Shown here: piece after piece, positions 34,350-45,872 of the stretch
How the letters are laid out: each line of letters opens with the position of its first letter
Position numbering within the stretch: position 1 is the stretch's first letter
Assembly: GCA_020184695.1 (NCBI GenBank)
Contig: JAANOX010000245.1
Span: forward strand, 62,001-126,000
Direction: 5' to 3'
DNA: 64,000 nucleotides
From: Histomonas meleagridis 2922-C6/04-290x
Lineage: Eukaryota > Protista > Parabasalia
The notes under the pieces: generated by a model
What the model was told of the DNA's origin: nothing
What the model saw: only the letters and a program-made list of their open reading frames with translations
Databases searched by the model: none
Translations under genes and position numbers: made by a program

Positions 34350-36670
34350 ATGGAAACGCAAAAGACAAGTAACTGGGAAATATGTACAAATATTCAGCAA
34401 ATAATTTTTAATCTAAAAAGTGAAAATTTATCCCAAACAGTATTTTCGTTAGCTAAAATATTTGATATTAATTTTTCTTATACTTTTAATTTAATCATTT
34501 CCGAAGATATTTATTTATCATTTGCTATCCAAAAAAATGATATAAATTTATATTTAAATTTAATAAAAGAAATCAATAAATTTGAAGAAGCTTATAAAAA
34601 TAAATCAAAATTGGTTTATGTTTTCAAAAAATATTTACTTAAGAATGAGACGCAAGAGTCAAATTATTTTATTGAGAACTTGATTCAACAAAATTTAATA
34701 GACCCTAAAATTATTAAAAATAAAAGGAAACCATATTTTGTGCATTATATGTCAGAAAAAGAAATTAAAACAATTGGAAAATCTGATTTTTTGAATCAAA
34801 TTATGGAAAATTATGATGAACTTTCAAAGAATGATTGGGAACTTCATAAAAAATTAATTAAAAAAGGACATAATCCGAATGAAATTGCAAAATTAATTCG
34901 AAATGATGATATCGAAAAACTTCAAGAAGTGTCTTCACAAAATGAATTTGATTATAATCAAACAATTGAACCATCACTTTATGAAAAATATTCATTCATT
35001 AATAAAGAAAATGTTGCATTAATTGATTATGCAGCATTTTTTTCTTCAATTAAATGTTTTAAATATTTACTTATGAATGGTGCAAATGTAAATAATGCAG
35101 GTAAATATGCAGTTGCAGGTGGAAATGAAGAAATTATTCATTTATGTGAACAAAATCATTCATCATTTGAAAATGCATATGAAACAGCAATTAAGTTTCA
35201 TAGAAACGATATCTTTAAATATCTTTATGAAAATAAAAATGATAAATTTAAGAATTTAGAAGAATTGGGAATTATATGTATTTTATATCATGACTATGAA
35301 ATATTTACATTTTTAATTGAAAAAGGTATGAAAATTGATGATAATATTATTAATGAATCAGCAAGAAATGGAAACATATTTCTCACAAAATATTTTCTTG
35401 AAGAAAATCAAATACCTAAAAATATTTTAGTGTTCTCTTCATTATCAGGAAATGAAGAACTTGTTGAATATATTCTCGAACTAAAAAGGATTAATATCAA
35501 TTTCAAAGTTGTTTTTTTTTCTTTATTAAAAGTTTGATTTAATTTCCTTTTATTTAAAATTAATATTTGGAATTCATATATAGTATTTAGAACAGCATTG
35601 ATAAATGCATCTATAAATGGTCATACAGAAATAGTTAAATTACTTCTTAAGCAAAAAGGAATATTTATAATGTTATAGATATTTCTTTGTTTATTTTATT
35701 ATTTATTATAATATTTTTATGTTTCAAAACAATAATCGGAATTTGTCTATAACATTTAGAACTGCATTTATGAATGCATCTGATAAAGGTCATGGAAAAA
35801 TTGTCAAATTACTTCTAGTTCAAGAAGGAATTAATATCAATGAAAAGGACATTTATATATTTCACTTAGTATTTATGGAAATATTTTAGTCTTTCAGAAT
35901 AATATTTGGATTTTATACGATACATTTAAAACAGCACTTATCTTATCATCTTTAAACGGACATACAAAAATAGTTAAATTACTTCTCAAACAAGAAGGAA
36001 TTGATATCAACTCTAAAGATATTTACATATATCACTTAATATTTATAGTAATATTTTGATATTTACTAATAATATTTGGTGATTACTCATAGTATTTAAA
36101 ACCTCACTCATGTACACAGCAAAATATGGGAATCTAGAAATTGTTAAATTACTTCTAGAAAAAGAAGGAATTGATATTAATACTAGGGATATTTTTTCTT
36201 AAAATTTAATATTTGTTTTATAAATTTAATAATTTAAATTTTTTTTAAAAAATTATTTAAATTATTTAAAACAGCACTTCTGATTGCATCTGAGCATAGT
36301 CATACCAAAATAGTTAAATTACTTCTTGAACAAAAAGGAATTGATATTAATGCTAGAGATATCACATTATATTATTTGAAATATGTATCAATAATTTGAT
36401 ATTTCAAAATGTTATTTGATATTTAATCATTGAATTTAAAACAGCTCTTATGATTGCATCAGAAAGAGGTTATTCAAAAATAGTTAAATTACTTCTTGAA
36501 CAAAAAGGAATTGAAATTAATGCTAAAGATGTTAATATATTTTATTTTGGTTTTGCTTTAACTAATTCAAATTTTTACAAAATATTTGGAATTTAACCAA
36601 ATTGTTTAAAACAGCTTTTATGATTGCATCAGAAAGAGGTCGCAAAGAAATTGTTGATTTACTAGTTTAA
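34350..36670 (+). CDS. Ankyrin-repeat protein C (DUF3447-like N-terminus) with array encrypted by 17-nt inserts
   Basis: ORF to 35510, then 7 spacers x 4 inserts giving KFGR, IYGR, SSGK, NDGK, NNKK, EDDK, WQGK, ending TAFMIASERGRKEIVDLLV* (36670). One exonic base is missing near 35665; about 614 aa after correction. Confidence 0.8.
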
Positions 36671-37156
36671 AATGAAAAATGTTAAAAAAAATAGAAACTC
36701 AAAATGAAAATTACATATTAGTGTGAACTTGAAAGCTTTTCATAATTACATGCAAAAAAATTTAGTTGATAAAATCTGGTTCTCAAATTATATTTCAAGC
36801 ATTAGGAAATCATAATGTTACCGCTACCAAAAATTTTTCCAAAAGCGATTCTATATGTGGGTCTCCTTACTTGAAGTTCCTTGTTTCTCTTGATCGAATC
36901 ATATTTAACTGAAGAAAATTTTTAAAAATCTTTGCAACAAACAAAATTATTCGACTTAAGTTTTCCATCCTCATTTAATGTTGTTGTCAGTAAAACTGTT
37001 TTTTCTGCATCTTTTAATAATTTGGTATATGTTTTAAAAATTTCATGTTTTTTCAAAAGTATTGTGTTTGTTTTGATGATTTTTAGTTTTACTAATAATT
37101 CGTAGTTTATTTTATTAATTTGCTGTTTGTTTTAATTATTTAGAATTCAAAAAGGT

Positions 37157-37459
37157 ATTCCTTTTTTACTTTTTATGTTTATATACAAAATTTGAAATAA
37201 TTTAAATCATTTGGAATTCATTATAAAAATTTAAAACACCTCTTCATATAGCAGTTGAAAACGATAATAAAGAAATCGTTAAATTACTTTTGGAGCTAAA
37301 AGGAATTGATGTTAATGCGATAAAAATTTATTTTAAAGATATAACTACTTAAACATCATCTTTAAAAAAGATATCTAGACAGCATCTATGTGTGCATCTT
37401 AGAAGGGTTATATAGAAATTGCTGATTTAATCAACAGCAAATGTAAATCAGTAAGATAA
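37157..37459 (+). pseudogene. Degenerate remnant of an insert-type ankyrin array
   Basis: Insert/codon blocks giving Y-E-G-K, then TPLHIAVENDNKEIVKLLLELKGIDVNAIK, a shortened 53-nt spacer, and TASMCAS*KGYIEIADL with an in-frame TAG. Confidence 0.7.
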
Positions 37460-37758
37460 ACAAATTCTGTTCATTAATAAAAATAAATTTTTATTTTCGC
37501 ATGGAAAATATGTGTGAAATTGTATTAACATATATGATTTATATTATATTTTTAAAATTATTGTTTTACGAAAATGATTATTTTAGGATTTTTTTTAAAT
37601 TTAAATGCATAAATAAATTCTAAAATCAAAATTAATTGAAAGATTTGTTTTTCTTTTCAGCTTTTTTTTTTTAATATTTCTTACAATAAAAAACTGTTTT
37701 TTTTCTGATGTAAAAGATAAATTTTTTATGATTAAACCACTTAACAATCAATTTAAGT

Positions 37759-38832
37759 ATGGCTGATTTACCGCCTTTACCGGAAGATTTATCAAATGGA
37801 TTACCGCCACCTCCACCACTTGGTGATATACTTCCTCCTCCTCCAATTAAAGGATTTAATGATGTTCCACCTCCACCATCACCAATTCCTAAGCAAAGAA
37901 GAGAACGCCAAGTCAAGCCTGGACCAGATCCAGCTCTCCTTCATCATTGTTCAATTTGCAAAGAATCATGTTCTGAGATATTTTATGTTGCATGTGGGGA
38001 ATATTTTCACCCAAATTGCTTTAAATGTGAAATATGTCATTGTCATCTTAAGCCACCAAACTGTGTTTCATTTCGTGGACATTTCTTATGTTTTCAATGT
38101 TCTGAAGATAAAGGAAATCTAAAACAATGTAATATTTGTGAGCAGTTTTTATATGATTATGAAGAAAAAGTTAAAATTCCTGGAAAAGAATACAGCATTC
38201 ATGCATCATGTTTTGTTTGTTATGAATGTTCAGAACCATTAAAAATGGACACATTCACTCTTATAGAAGATAAGCTTTTATGTGCAAAGTGCATAGCAAT
38301 TTTCGAAAAGAGGAAATGCGCGAATTGTAACAAATTCATTTTTGGAAGATATATTCAATGTAGAGGAAAATTCTTTCATCCAGAACACTTCCTATGTTGT
38401 GAATGTAATGAAATATTATGTGGTAATTGTTATGTTGTTCATCATGATAAATATTATTGTCCACTTGATGGACAATATTTTACTGGTAGATGTAGTTATT
38501 GCAAAAAAGAAATTGATAATATTGAAGGAAGTAAAGTTGACTGGCATAATAAAGTTTATCACAAAAGATGCTTTGTTTGTAGAGTATGCGGTGCGAGGTG
38601 TGACCCAGAAAATTGTAAATCTTTCCATGAAAGACCACATTGCGATGAATGTTATAAAAAGAGAATAATTGAAGAAAAAAAGAATGCAAACAAACACAAT
38701 CCTAATGAAAGTTCAAAAAGAAGGAAAAACTTTAAGGATTATTTTGATAAGAAAGAATTCGTTCTACCAATATACTCAAAAGACACTGATGTTAATGAAA
38801 CTGTAAAGTCTCCAAAGAAAAAGAAAAAATAA
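37759..38832 (+). CDS. Multi-LIM-domain protein with proline-rich N-terminus (paxillin/testin-like)
   Basis: Four C-x2-C...H-x2-C-x2-C-x2-C...C LIM modules after polyproline stretches. Confidence 0.9.
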   Translation: MADLPPLPEDLSNGLPPPPPLGDILPPPPIKGFNDVPPPPSPIPKQRRERQVKPGPDPALLHHCSICKESCSEIFYVACGEYFHPNCFKCEICHCHLKPPNCVSFRGHFLCFQCSEDKGNLKQCNICEQFLYDYEEKVKIPGKEYSIHASCFVCYECSEPLKMDTFTLIEDKLLCAKCIAIFEKRKCANCNKFIFGRYIQCRGKFFHPEHFLCCECNEILCGNCYVVHHDKYYCPLDGQYFTGRCSYCKKEIDNIEGSKVDWHNKVYHKRCFVCRVCGARCDPENCKSFHERPHCDECYKKRIIEEKKNANKHNPNESSKRRKNFKDYFDKKEFVLPIYSKDTDVNETVKSPKKKKK

Positions 38833-38983
38833 AAATATTTCCTGAATATATAAAATGGGATGTTTTTTGTGACAAAAGAAAGTTTTTGTTTGTGAGTTGG
38901 AAAATAATTCAATCTGAACTTTTTCATAAAAATTGAAAACGTATTTAATTTTGAATATTTTATTTTTAAGATAAACATTTATT

Positions 38984-40099
38984 TCATTTAAGTTTCTTTT
39001 CAAGATTTTCTAGCTCTTCCACGCCAAGTCTTTTCAAATAATTAATATTACCATCAGTACATGCGGCAGGTGTGGCAAAAATAGATTCATAATAACAAAT
39101 ATTTGGTTCCTTAAATTCAAGTAATTTGTTATCTTTCCAACAAATAAGTTTAATTTTTGCAGTTCGATTTGCTTTTACAACATCGCAGTAATCGCCGCCA
39201 TCGAAGTACATTGAATCATTTTCGAACTTAGTAAATTTTCCAACAGTAATTTTTCCTTGTTTTAATTCGTTCATCAATTGAAGTTTGTAAATACCATTCG
39301 AAAACTCTTTATTATACATAGGAATATACGAAGATGTTGCATTGTCCATTTTAAGTATATTCTGAAGTGAAGTGATGTTAGAAAGAATTATTGATTCACA
39401 ATTTGAAATTTCTGTTTCATTGGGCGCTTGGGCTGCACCGGGGTTACAGTGTTGTTTGAACCATTCAAGATGATATTTTTCAGTGTATAATGTGGCATTT
39501 TGTGTCGATATTTCAATGGTTGGATTAATCGAGTTTTCAGCTGGAATGTCTACATTAGATAGATTGGCTGTTTCGGAGAATAGTGGTTTGTTTTGAAGAG
39601 CTATTTTAAGTGATTCAATTTGATTAAGATAATTTTGTTTGAATTTACTTGATTCAGAAACAAGCTTTGAATATTCCTTTTGTCCAGATTTAATTGGTTT
39701 TTCGAATTTGCGGAAGACTTTTAACCTTAGCTTTTCAAATTGGCTACATGTGTCTTGACATTTGATATGTGAATTAAACATTTCATCGCTTCCATCACAG
39801 CAATCACAAATACCATCTCCAACACTCCAGCGTGGAATTTCAATTGGAATAAAACCTGAATTTTTACAAGTAAATGTTTCGTTTTGAGGTCCTACACCTG
39901 TACCTGGCTCGTCAGAGCAATCATTACAATCACAATAATTATCATTAAGTTTTGATAATGGAATTGTTTTTTTTCCATCAAAGCATGTAAATGTTTCTTT
40001 TTCTTCATTTATTAGAGAGGCATATTTTTTGAGCTTTTCTTCTGAAACACCTATTATGTCAAGTGAATAAGAAGAGAGATAAAACACAAGAACAAACAT
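38984..40099 (-). CDS. Glucosidase II beta subunit-like (PRKCSH) with C-terminal MRH domain
   Basis: Signal peptide; NDNYCDCNDCSDEPGT and VGDGICDCCDGSDE; MRH-type GDYC...NRTAKIKLIC...EP.IC.Y...F.TPAAC. Confidence 0.88.
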   Translation of the reverse strand: MFVLVFYLSSYSLDIIGVSEEKLKKYASLINEEKETFTCFDGKKTIPLSKLNDNYCDCNDCSDEPGTGVGPQNETFTCKNSGFIPIEIPRWSVGDGICDCCDGSDEMFNSHIKCQDTCSQFEKLRLKVFRKFEKPIKSGQKEYSKLVSESSKFKQNYLNQIESLKIALQNKPLFSETANLSNVDIPAENSINPTIEISTQNATLYTEKYHLEWFKQHCNPGAAQAPNETEISNCESIILSNITSLQNILKMDNATSSYIPMYNKEFSNGIYKLQLMNELKQGKITVGKFTKFENDSMYFDGGDYCDVVKANRTAKIKLICWKDNKLLEFKEPNICYYESIFATPAACTDGNINYLKRLGVEELENLEKKLK

Positions 40100-40181
40100 G
40101 GACAGCTTATCGTAAACCGCCGATTATCTGGCCGAATATTATCGTTACGCTTTGAAAAAGTCAACATGAAACACAACGTAA

Positions 40182-41255
40182 ATGCGAACAAATATCCGAA
40201 ACCAAAATATTTCTACTGATAAATGCCAACTTAAAACTATGGAACAGGCTATTTTTGGCTTAAAAGAAGATAACATGGAAACGTCTGTAATTGAAGCTAT
40301 GAATTTATTTGACTCCAAATATCAATATTCATTTAATCTTGTTGTTTGTAGATTTGTCTACACTGCATTTATTTCGAAAAAACAAGGAGAAAATTTATAT
40401 TTTGAATTTTTAAAAAATATTGAATTGAGAGAACAACAGGTTATTCAGACTGCACATGGTCCAGTAGAACTCTTTAGCAAGTTTTTGTTTTGCCAAGAAT
40501 CACAAGAGTCATTTTATCTTCTTGAAAGAATGATAGAAAACGGATTAACCGATCCTATTTTTGGCAAGAACAAAAGAAGCTTATATTTTTCTCATTACAA
40601 GACACTTGATGAAGTTAAAGCGTTAAAATGGAAACCTTTTTGGTTTGAGTTTTTCAATAATCTTCCAAGACTTTCACGAAATGATTGGAAACTTCATCGC
40701 AAATTTGTATCTGATGGTGTTAATCCATCCACTGTATCCAAAGTTATACGTAATGATGATATTGAACGACTTCAATTACTTTCATCGAGTTTATTTTTTA
40801 ATTTTAACATGAAAATTAAGCCATCATTATATGAGAGATTTTCTTTTATTAATGAGAAGCCTGTAAATCTTATTGAATTCAGTGCATTTTTTGGCGCTGT
40901 TAAATGTTTTAAATTTTTGTTATTAAATGGCGGAATAGTAAAATATGCCGGAAAGTTTGCAGTCGCAGGCGGGAATCTCGAAATTATACATTTGTGCGAG
41001 CAAAATCATGCGTCATTTGATATGGGATTCGAAATTGCGATAAAGTTCCATCAAAATGATGTTTTTAAATATCTTTATGAGAACCATTTAACTAAAGATA
41101 AAGGACTGGTGTACATGGGCACAAAATGTATCGATTGTAATAATTATGAACTGTTGGCATTCTTGGAACGCGAAGGGCTGAGAATCGATGAAAGAATAAT
41201 TAGTGAGTCAGCAAGAATCGTTTTCACGAAGTTAAGCAGTACAAAATTTAATTAA
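40182..41255 (+). CDS. DUF3447-like/ankyrin family paralog lacking the C-terminal insert-type array
   Basis: Same N-terminal family motifs as genes A, B and C (IRNDDIE.LQ, IEFSAFFGAVKCFKFLL.NG, AVAGGN.EIIHLCEQ, AIKFH.NDVFKYL). It ends shortly after ESAR, and no TAL/DINAKD repeats follow. Confidence 0.8.
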   Translation: MRTNIRNQNISTDKCQLKTMEQAIFGLKEDNMETSVIEAMNLFDSKYQYSFNLVVCRFVYTAFISKKQGENLYFEFLKNIELREQQVIQTAHGPVELFSKFLFCQESQESFYLLERMIENGLTDPIFGKNKRSLYFSHYKTLDEVKALKWKPFWFEFFNNLPRLSRNDWKLHRKFVSDGVNPSTVSKVIRNDDIERLQLLSSSLFFNFNMKIKPSLYERFSFINEKPVNLIEFSAFFGAVKCFKFLLLNGGIVKYAGKFAVAGGNLEIIHLCEQNHASFDMGFEIAIKFHQNDVFKYLYENHLTKDKGLVYMGTKCIDCNNYELLAFLEREGLRIDERIISESARIVFTKLSSTKFN

Positions 41256-41349
41256 TGTTTGTAAACACCATGAATATGAATCATTTTTATGTTAACATAA
41301 AAGAGTAAAAAATTTTTAATTATTAAAACAGTTTCATTCGAGTTCATTC

Positions 41350-42684
41350 CATTAACATACGATGATGGAACAACTCTATCACAATTAGATGTTTCCGATA
41401 TTCCAATCGAACCTTTTCTTGATTCCGAGTTAAAACCGTCGCTTCAACCTCCGCCACATTCAAATTTGATCTCGACCGATGGCGAACTCCTTGGTATCAT
41501 TAATTTTTTAGTGTGGATGTTATGGCACAAAAGGGCATGAAATCCAATATCCAGAATTTGTTTTTCAAAATAATATTAAAGAAGAAGATATAAAAATCGC
41601 TGAACTACTCTTTACTACTTATAAAGAATTTCGTAAATTATCAAAAACTAGTTTCGAACCACGTTATGAATTAGCCAATCGTTATCGTGCTGTTCATAAA
41701 CAAGAAATTATATTAAGCGAATTACAAAAACGATTCTTAAGAACAATTATAATTTCACCTGTACCAGGACGAGAAAGTCTTTTTCTTTTTACATATAGTT
41801 TTGATACTGATGAAGAAGAAACAATAATTTATATTAACACTAATGATGAACATTTAAGGCTAATCAAAAGAGTTAATTCTAATAATTATAATTGTTATGA
41901 AAATCCATTTTCAATTGAACGAAATTAAGAAATCGAATTTAATCAAGATTCAAATATTTCTGATATTGAACGCTTTCATTTGATTACTAATGATAAAATT
42001 ATTCTTCAACCGAATGAAGAATTAAATCTTTTATGGAACAACACATAAAATAATACAATTGCATATTGATATATTAACTTCTGAAGTTTTAAGTATTGGC
42101 GATAAATTAAAATTAGAATTAAAACAATATAAAGGTAATAAAATTTGTTGTAGAACTAATGATTATCGAATCGTAGAATTCTTAAATTATTTTAATCCTG
42201 AAAAACTTAAAAATGATGGAGAAGTTGTAATTTCTGCTTTATCTGCTGGTTATTCATTAGCATTTGTATGGAATTTGACATTAAAAAAAGTTATCGGAAA
42301 AATTATTATTAAAATTAAAGATAAAAGAATTAATAATAAACGGAAACAAAAATGTATCGGCAAATCAGAAATTTCTTTGGTTAACGGAGAAAGTGCCAAA
42401 AGAACTTACCTTATGTAAATAAAGATAATAAATCTAAGAAAATTAAGTTAACTACAACACATCCAGATTTGATTATGTTCGATCCAACACATTATATTGT
42501 AGGGCCATTGGAAACAATTAAAATTAGAGCGCTGTTTTTGCCTAATGATAGTGTGGGAGATGTAAAAATTAGAGTATTCGTACATGAAATTGGATTAAAT
42601 GCTGATCCAGCTGAATACTTGAAAATTTTAGTGCATTATAAGAAAGAAGAAAATTTAAAACTTTTGTTTATAAATAAAATATAA
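41350..42684 (+). pseudogene. Fragmented gene, possibly nephrocystin-4-like Ig-fold C-terminus
   Basis: Interrupted frames ending FDPTHYIVGPLETIKIRALFLP...KIRVFVHE...EYLKILVHY; multiple stops and frameshifts. The family resemblance is from memory only. Confidence 0.3.
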
Positions 42685-43147
42685 TGTTTCTTAAAATTAT
42701 TAAAAATATTAACAATCACTAAATAGCACCATATGATTTAAGTGTTGTTTTATATCTGAAAACATATTTAAATATTGAATAGATTGATAATTTTGCAAGA
42801 GATAAATATTAGCATTCAATTTTTCAAAAAGATTATTTTGTAAATTGTGTACATTAGAAATACCATGTGTTCCTTTGTGACTCTCAATTTTTTTTTTCTA
42901 ATTATAAAACATCATGCTTCGAATTTTTCAATATATTTTTTGTTCTTAATTTTAATATAATATCATACATTCCAGATTCATTCTATGTCAGTTAATATCA
43001 TTTTTGTATAATCCTATTAGAAATTATAAGGGTGCCCACAATTTTTACGTATAAATATTTGAGGCTCAAAATGGCATAATTCTATATATGACCATTTATA
43101 AAGCCAAAAAACAGAAGGGTTTTTTGACATTGGTAGGTATATAATGC

Positions 43148-43244
43148 GGTCGGGACTGACCCCGACCTTAAGTTTTCACTGGGAGGATTGGAGGTGCCCT
43201 TCGGACCCCTCCGGAGGCCGAAGACCCCTCCAATCCCCCGAGTG
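43148..43244. other. GC-rich double stem-loop next to the left TIR
   Basis: ggtcggg/cccgacc hairpin (43148-43167) and a nested hairpin cact..gattggagg..cttcgg..cctccggagg..ccgaag..cctccaatc..agtg (43177-43244). Confidence 0.8.
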
Positions 43245-43294
43245 TGCTCGCTACAAAAATCATTTTGATTTTTGTGAGCCATACAATTCGTCTA

Positions 43295-43517
43295 AAAATT
43301 TGAATGCACATTCAATTTTGAGAGAACGGGAAACTTTTTGATAGGAACGATAGCACTTTTAGCACCACTTTCCGCATAAACCTATTAAAAATATCGCATA
43401 ATCAACACGAATTGACCCCGGTTATGTTTGGTCGGACATTTATCCTATTCAATTTATCTTTGGTCGGAGGTTAGTAGTCGAAAAGCGACGGTTATCGTTT
43501 GGTCGCATGGCAAACTT
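43295..43517 (+). repeat. Left terminal inverted repeat
   Basis: aaaatttgaatgcacattcaattttgagagaacg...ttttgataggaacgatagcacttttagcaccact...gcatggcaaactt matches the reverse complement of the right repeat. Confidence 0.88.
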
Positions 43518-43675
43518 GATTTTTATAAATGCTTAAACCTGTGTCTAAAACGTATTTTTTTATTTCGCAAAATGAAAACCGTTTTCCGCCTGAATTTGTT
43601 GATTCTCAAAATCCTAGATATATAGTAGTACAACAATGTAAGTGTAAATTTAAGGATTATTTAGTATCTGATGTT

Positions 43676-44470
43676 TCAATGCATGCTGATTTCATTGAAC
43701 GTGACCATTATGAAGATTATTTTTGATAGTTTTTGATAAACTGAATAAATTTGATCTTTAATATAAGGCAATGGTATTTGAGCTATCATATAACTTAATT
43801 GTTGTTTAGAGAAATTAGGAAATATAAATATAGTACTTACATTAGCTTTAACTTCAGCAGGTAAAGATTTCCAAAATTGAACAGCGAAAAATACAGAACA
43901 TTGAATATGAGCTAATTTAGTAAATAATTGATTAAAATAATTAGTAGGTTTTTTAAATAAAGGACTATTAGCACAATCTTCAAAAAATATTATAGTATGT
44001 AAAGTTAAATTATTAAAATTATTAATATATAATTTTTCAAATAATTCAGTTATTTGATTATCTACTATTTTATTTTCCCAATGATTATTTTTAATTTCAT
44101 TATAAAATTGTTTCCATTTTAATATATCTTTAACTATATCTTCTGCTTGATTTTCAGCTACATATAAAATTGGGATTTTAATTAAAGGTTTTAATGATTC
44201 AAATGTAGGATCATTTTCTAATCCATTTTTATTAATATAAATTAATAAATGAGTTCTAGGACTAATATTACTAATTTTAATAATTTCTCTAATTATACAT
44301 TGAGTTTTCCCACTTCTTTGTCTACCTACTGCTATATTTAAAGAATTATAAGGTACATTCACTTCTGGATGAATTTCACTTATTAATTCTTCATTTAATT
44401 TAGGTTTATTTTTATATAAACAATAATCAATCATATTATCCATGACATCAATATTAATATCGTTTTCCAT
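43676..44470 (-). CDS. A32/FtsK-like viral genome-packaging ATPase
   Basis: Walker A NIAVGRQRSGKT, Walker B TIIFFED, then AH...SVFFAVQFWKSLPAEVKAN, the A32-type motif order. The C-terminus may be truncated. Confidence 0.8.
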   Translation of the reverse strand: MENDINIDVMDNMIDYCLYKNKPKLNEELISEIHPEVNVPYNSLNIAVGRQRSGKTQCIIREIIKISNISPRTHLLIYINKNGLENDPTFESLKPLIKIPILYVAENQAEDIVKDILKWKQFYNEIKNNHWENKIVDNQITELFEKLYINNFNNLTLHTIIFFEDCANSPLFKKPTNYFNQLFTKLAHIQCSVFFAVQFWKSLPAEVKANVSTIFIFPNFSKQQLSYMIAQIPLPYIKDQIYSVYQKLSKIIFIMVTFNEISMH

Positions 44471-44509
44471 AAAATAAATTAATCTTATAAAATCATTTCA
44501 TTATTATTA

Positions 44510-44902
44510 ATGGAAGCTCTTTATACATGTTTTGCACAAGAGTTTAAAGATTGTGATTTTACTGCTATAAATATTAAACCTTCATTTTCTATCGTTAAAA
44601 ATAAAAATGTAATAACATTAACTGTAACTGTGTATAATAAATATCATAATTTATTAAGAAAACAAATTTATAAATTTATAGATGAAAAATATCATTTAAC
44701 TATTAAAAATCCTCTACAAAATATAACACCTGAACAATTAGATCAAGCTTATCAAATATCTAAAATGGAATTATTAAATCAAATATTTAATGATGATTTT
44801 AACAAATATAATGCTTATGTAAATAAATTAAATGTTTTACAAAATTATGCGATCTCAATAATGCCTCAAAATCATAATGATCAAGCTCGTGGTGTTTTAT
44901 AA
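44510..44902 (+). CDS. Hypothetical protein of the TIR element
   Basis: 130-aa ATG ORF divergent from the ATPase; no recognised motif. Confidence 0.55.
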   Translation: MEALYTCFAQEFKDCDFTAINIKPSFSIVKNKNVITLTVTVYNKYHNLLRKQIYKFIDEKYHLTIKNPLQNITPEQLDQAYQISKMELLNQIFNDDFNKYNAYVNKLNVLQNYAISIMPQNHNDQARGVL

Positions 44903-45505
44903 ATAAAAACTTAATGTCATTTATATTTTCTAACGTTCGAAAAGTGACACATTTGAATGAATAAATGTATAATGATTAATATGTAATTTTTATTTACAAA
45001 TAATCAGTGTTAAAAAAATGAATTGATTTTGATCGTATTTTCCCACTTTTTAATTGACGATAGATTCAATTTTTGCAGTTATGTACTAACTTAGGATATA
45101 AATTAATTTTCGATATCATGGAAAACGATCAGTAAACTATTTAAACATAAAATATCTGATAGTACAGTCTTTATTAAGTTCAAAAAGTCATTGTGATCAA
45201 AACTCTCAGAAAACGACATTATCGCGATTCAATTTTATGATCGTATATTTCGACAAAAACTATGATCGTAGTAACTTTGGATCTTACAGTCATTTTGGCA
45301 TTTTTTATCGTTAACGTTCATCTATCGTACTATTCAAAAATTACTTTTATCATAAACCATTGAAATAAATTGAATAGTTTACTAAGGAGTACCTATCGAT
45401 TGAATAGTTTATTGATCGGTATTTTCCGGATGAAAATGAAGATGCAAAGATTAAATTCATTTTTTAGACACAAAACAATGAAAAAAAAATGTTGTTTGAG
45501 GTTGT

Positions 45506-45730
45506 TTACTCAATGAATTGGAGGATTCCTCGTACTTGATCTAATTTGTCCTCCCTGAGTAGCTCCATTAGGTAATCTCGGATAAGATCACGGCAATTGG
45601 TGAGGCAATTTGATGGTTCCGCCGTGATCGACTCGTCCTCCCACAGCAACACGAAGTAGAGGACTTTGTCGTCGCCTTCCATACGGAAGTAGTGGTCAAG
45701 GATGCATTGGACCGGGTACTCTTGTTCCAT
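45506..45730 (-). CDS. Stand-alone chromodomain protein
   Basis: EYPVQCILDH...LYFVLLW....TAEPSNCLTNCRDLIRDY follows the chromodomain consensus EY.VE.IL...YLVKW...TWEP..NL.NC..LI..F. Confidence 0.7.
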   Translation of the reverse strand: MEQEYPVQCILDHYFRMEGDDKVLYFVLLWEDESITAEPSNCLTNCRDLIRDYLMELLREDKLDQVRGILQFIE

Positions 45731-45872
45731 TGTCAAATGAATTTAGGGTACCCTAATATAAACTATTCAAATATAATGATTTATTTGAAACTATTATGAT
45801 GTTTTTGAATCATTTCAAGTTTATTTGGTATATGTTAATATGTTTTTTTTTTTCTAAATAATTACTTTTTAT

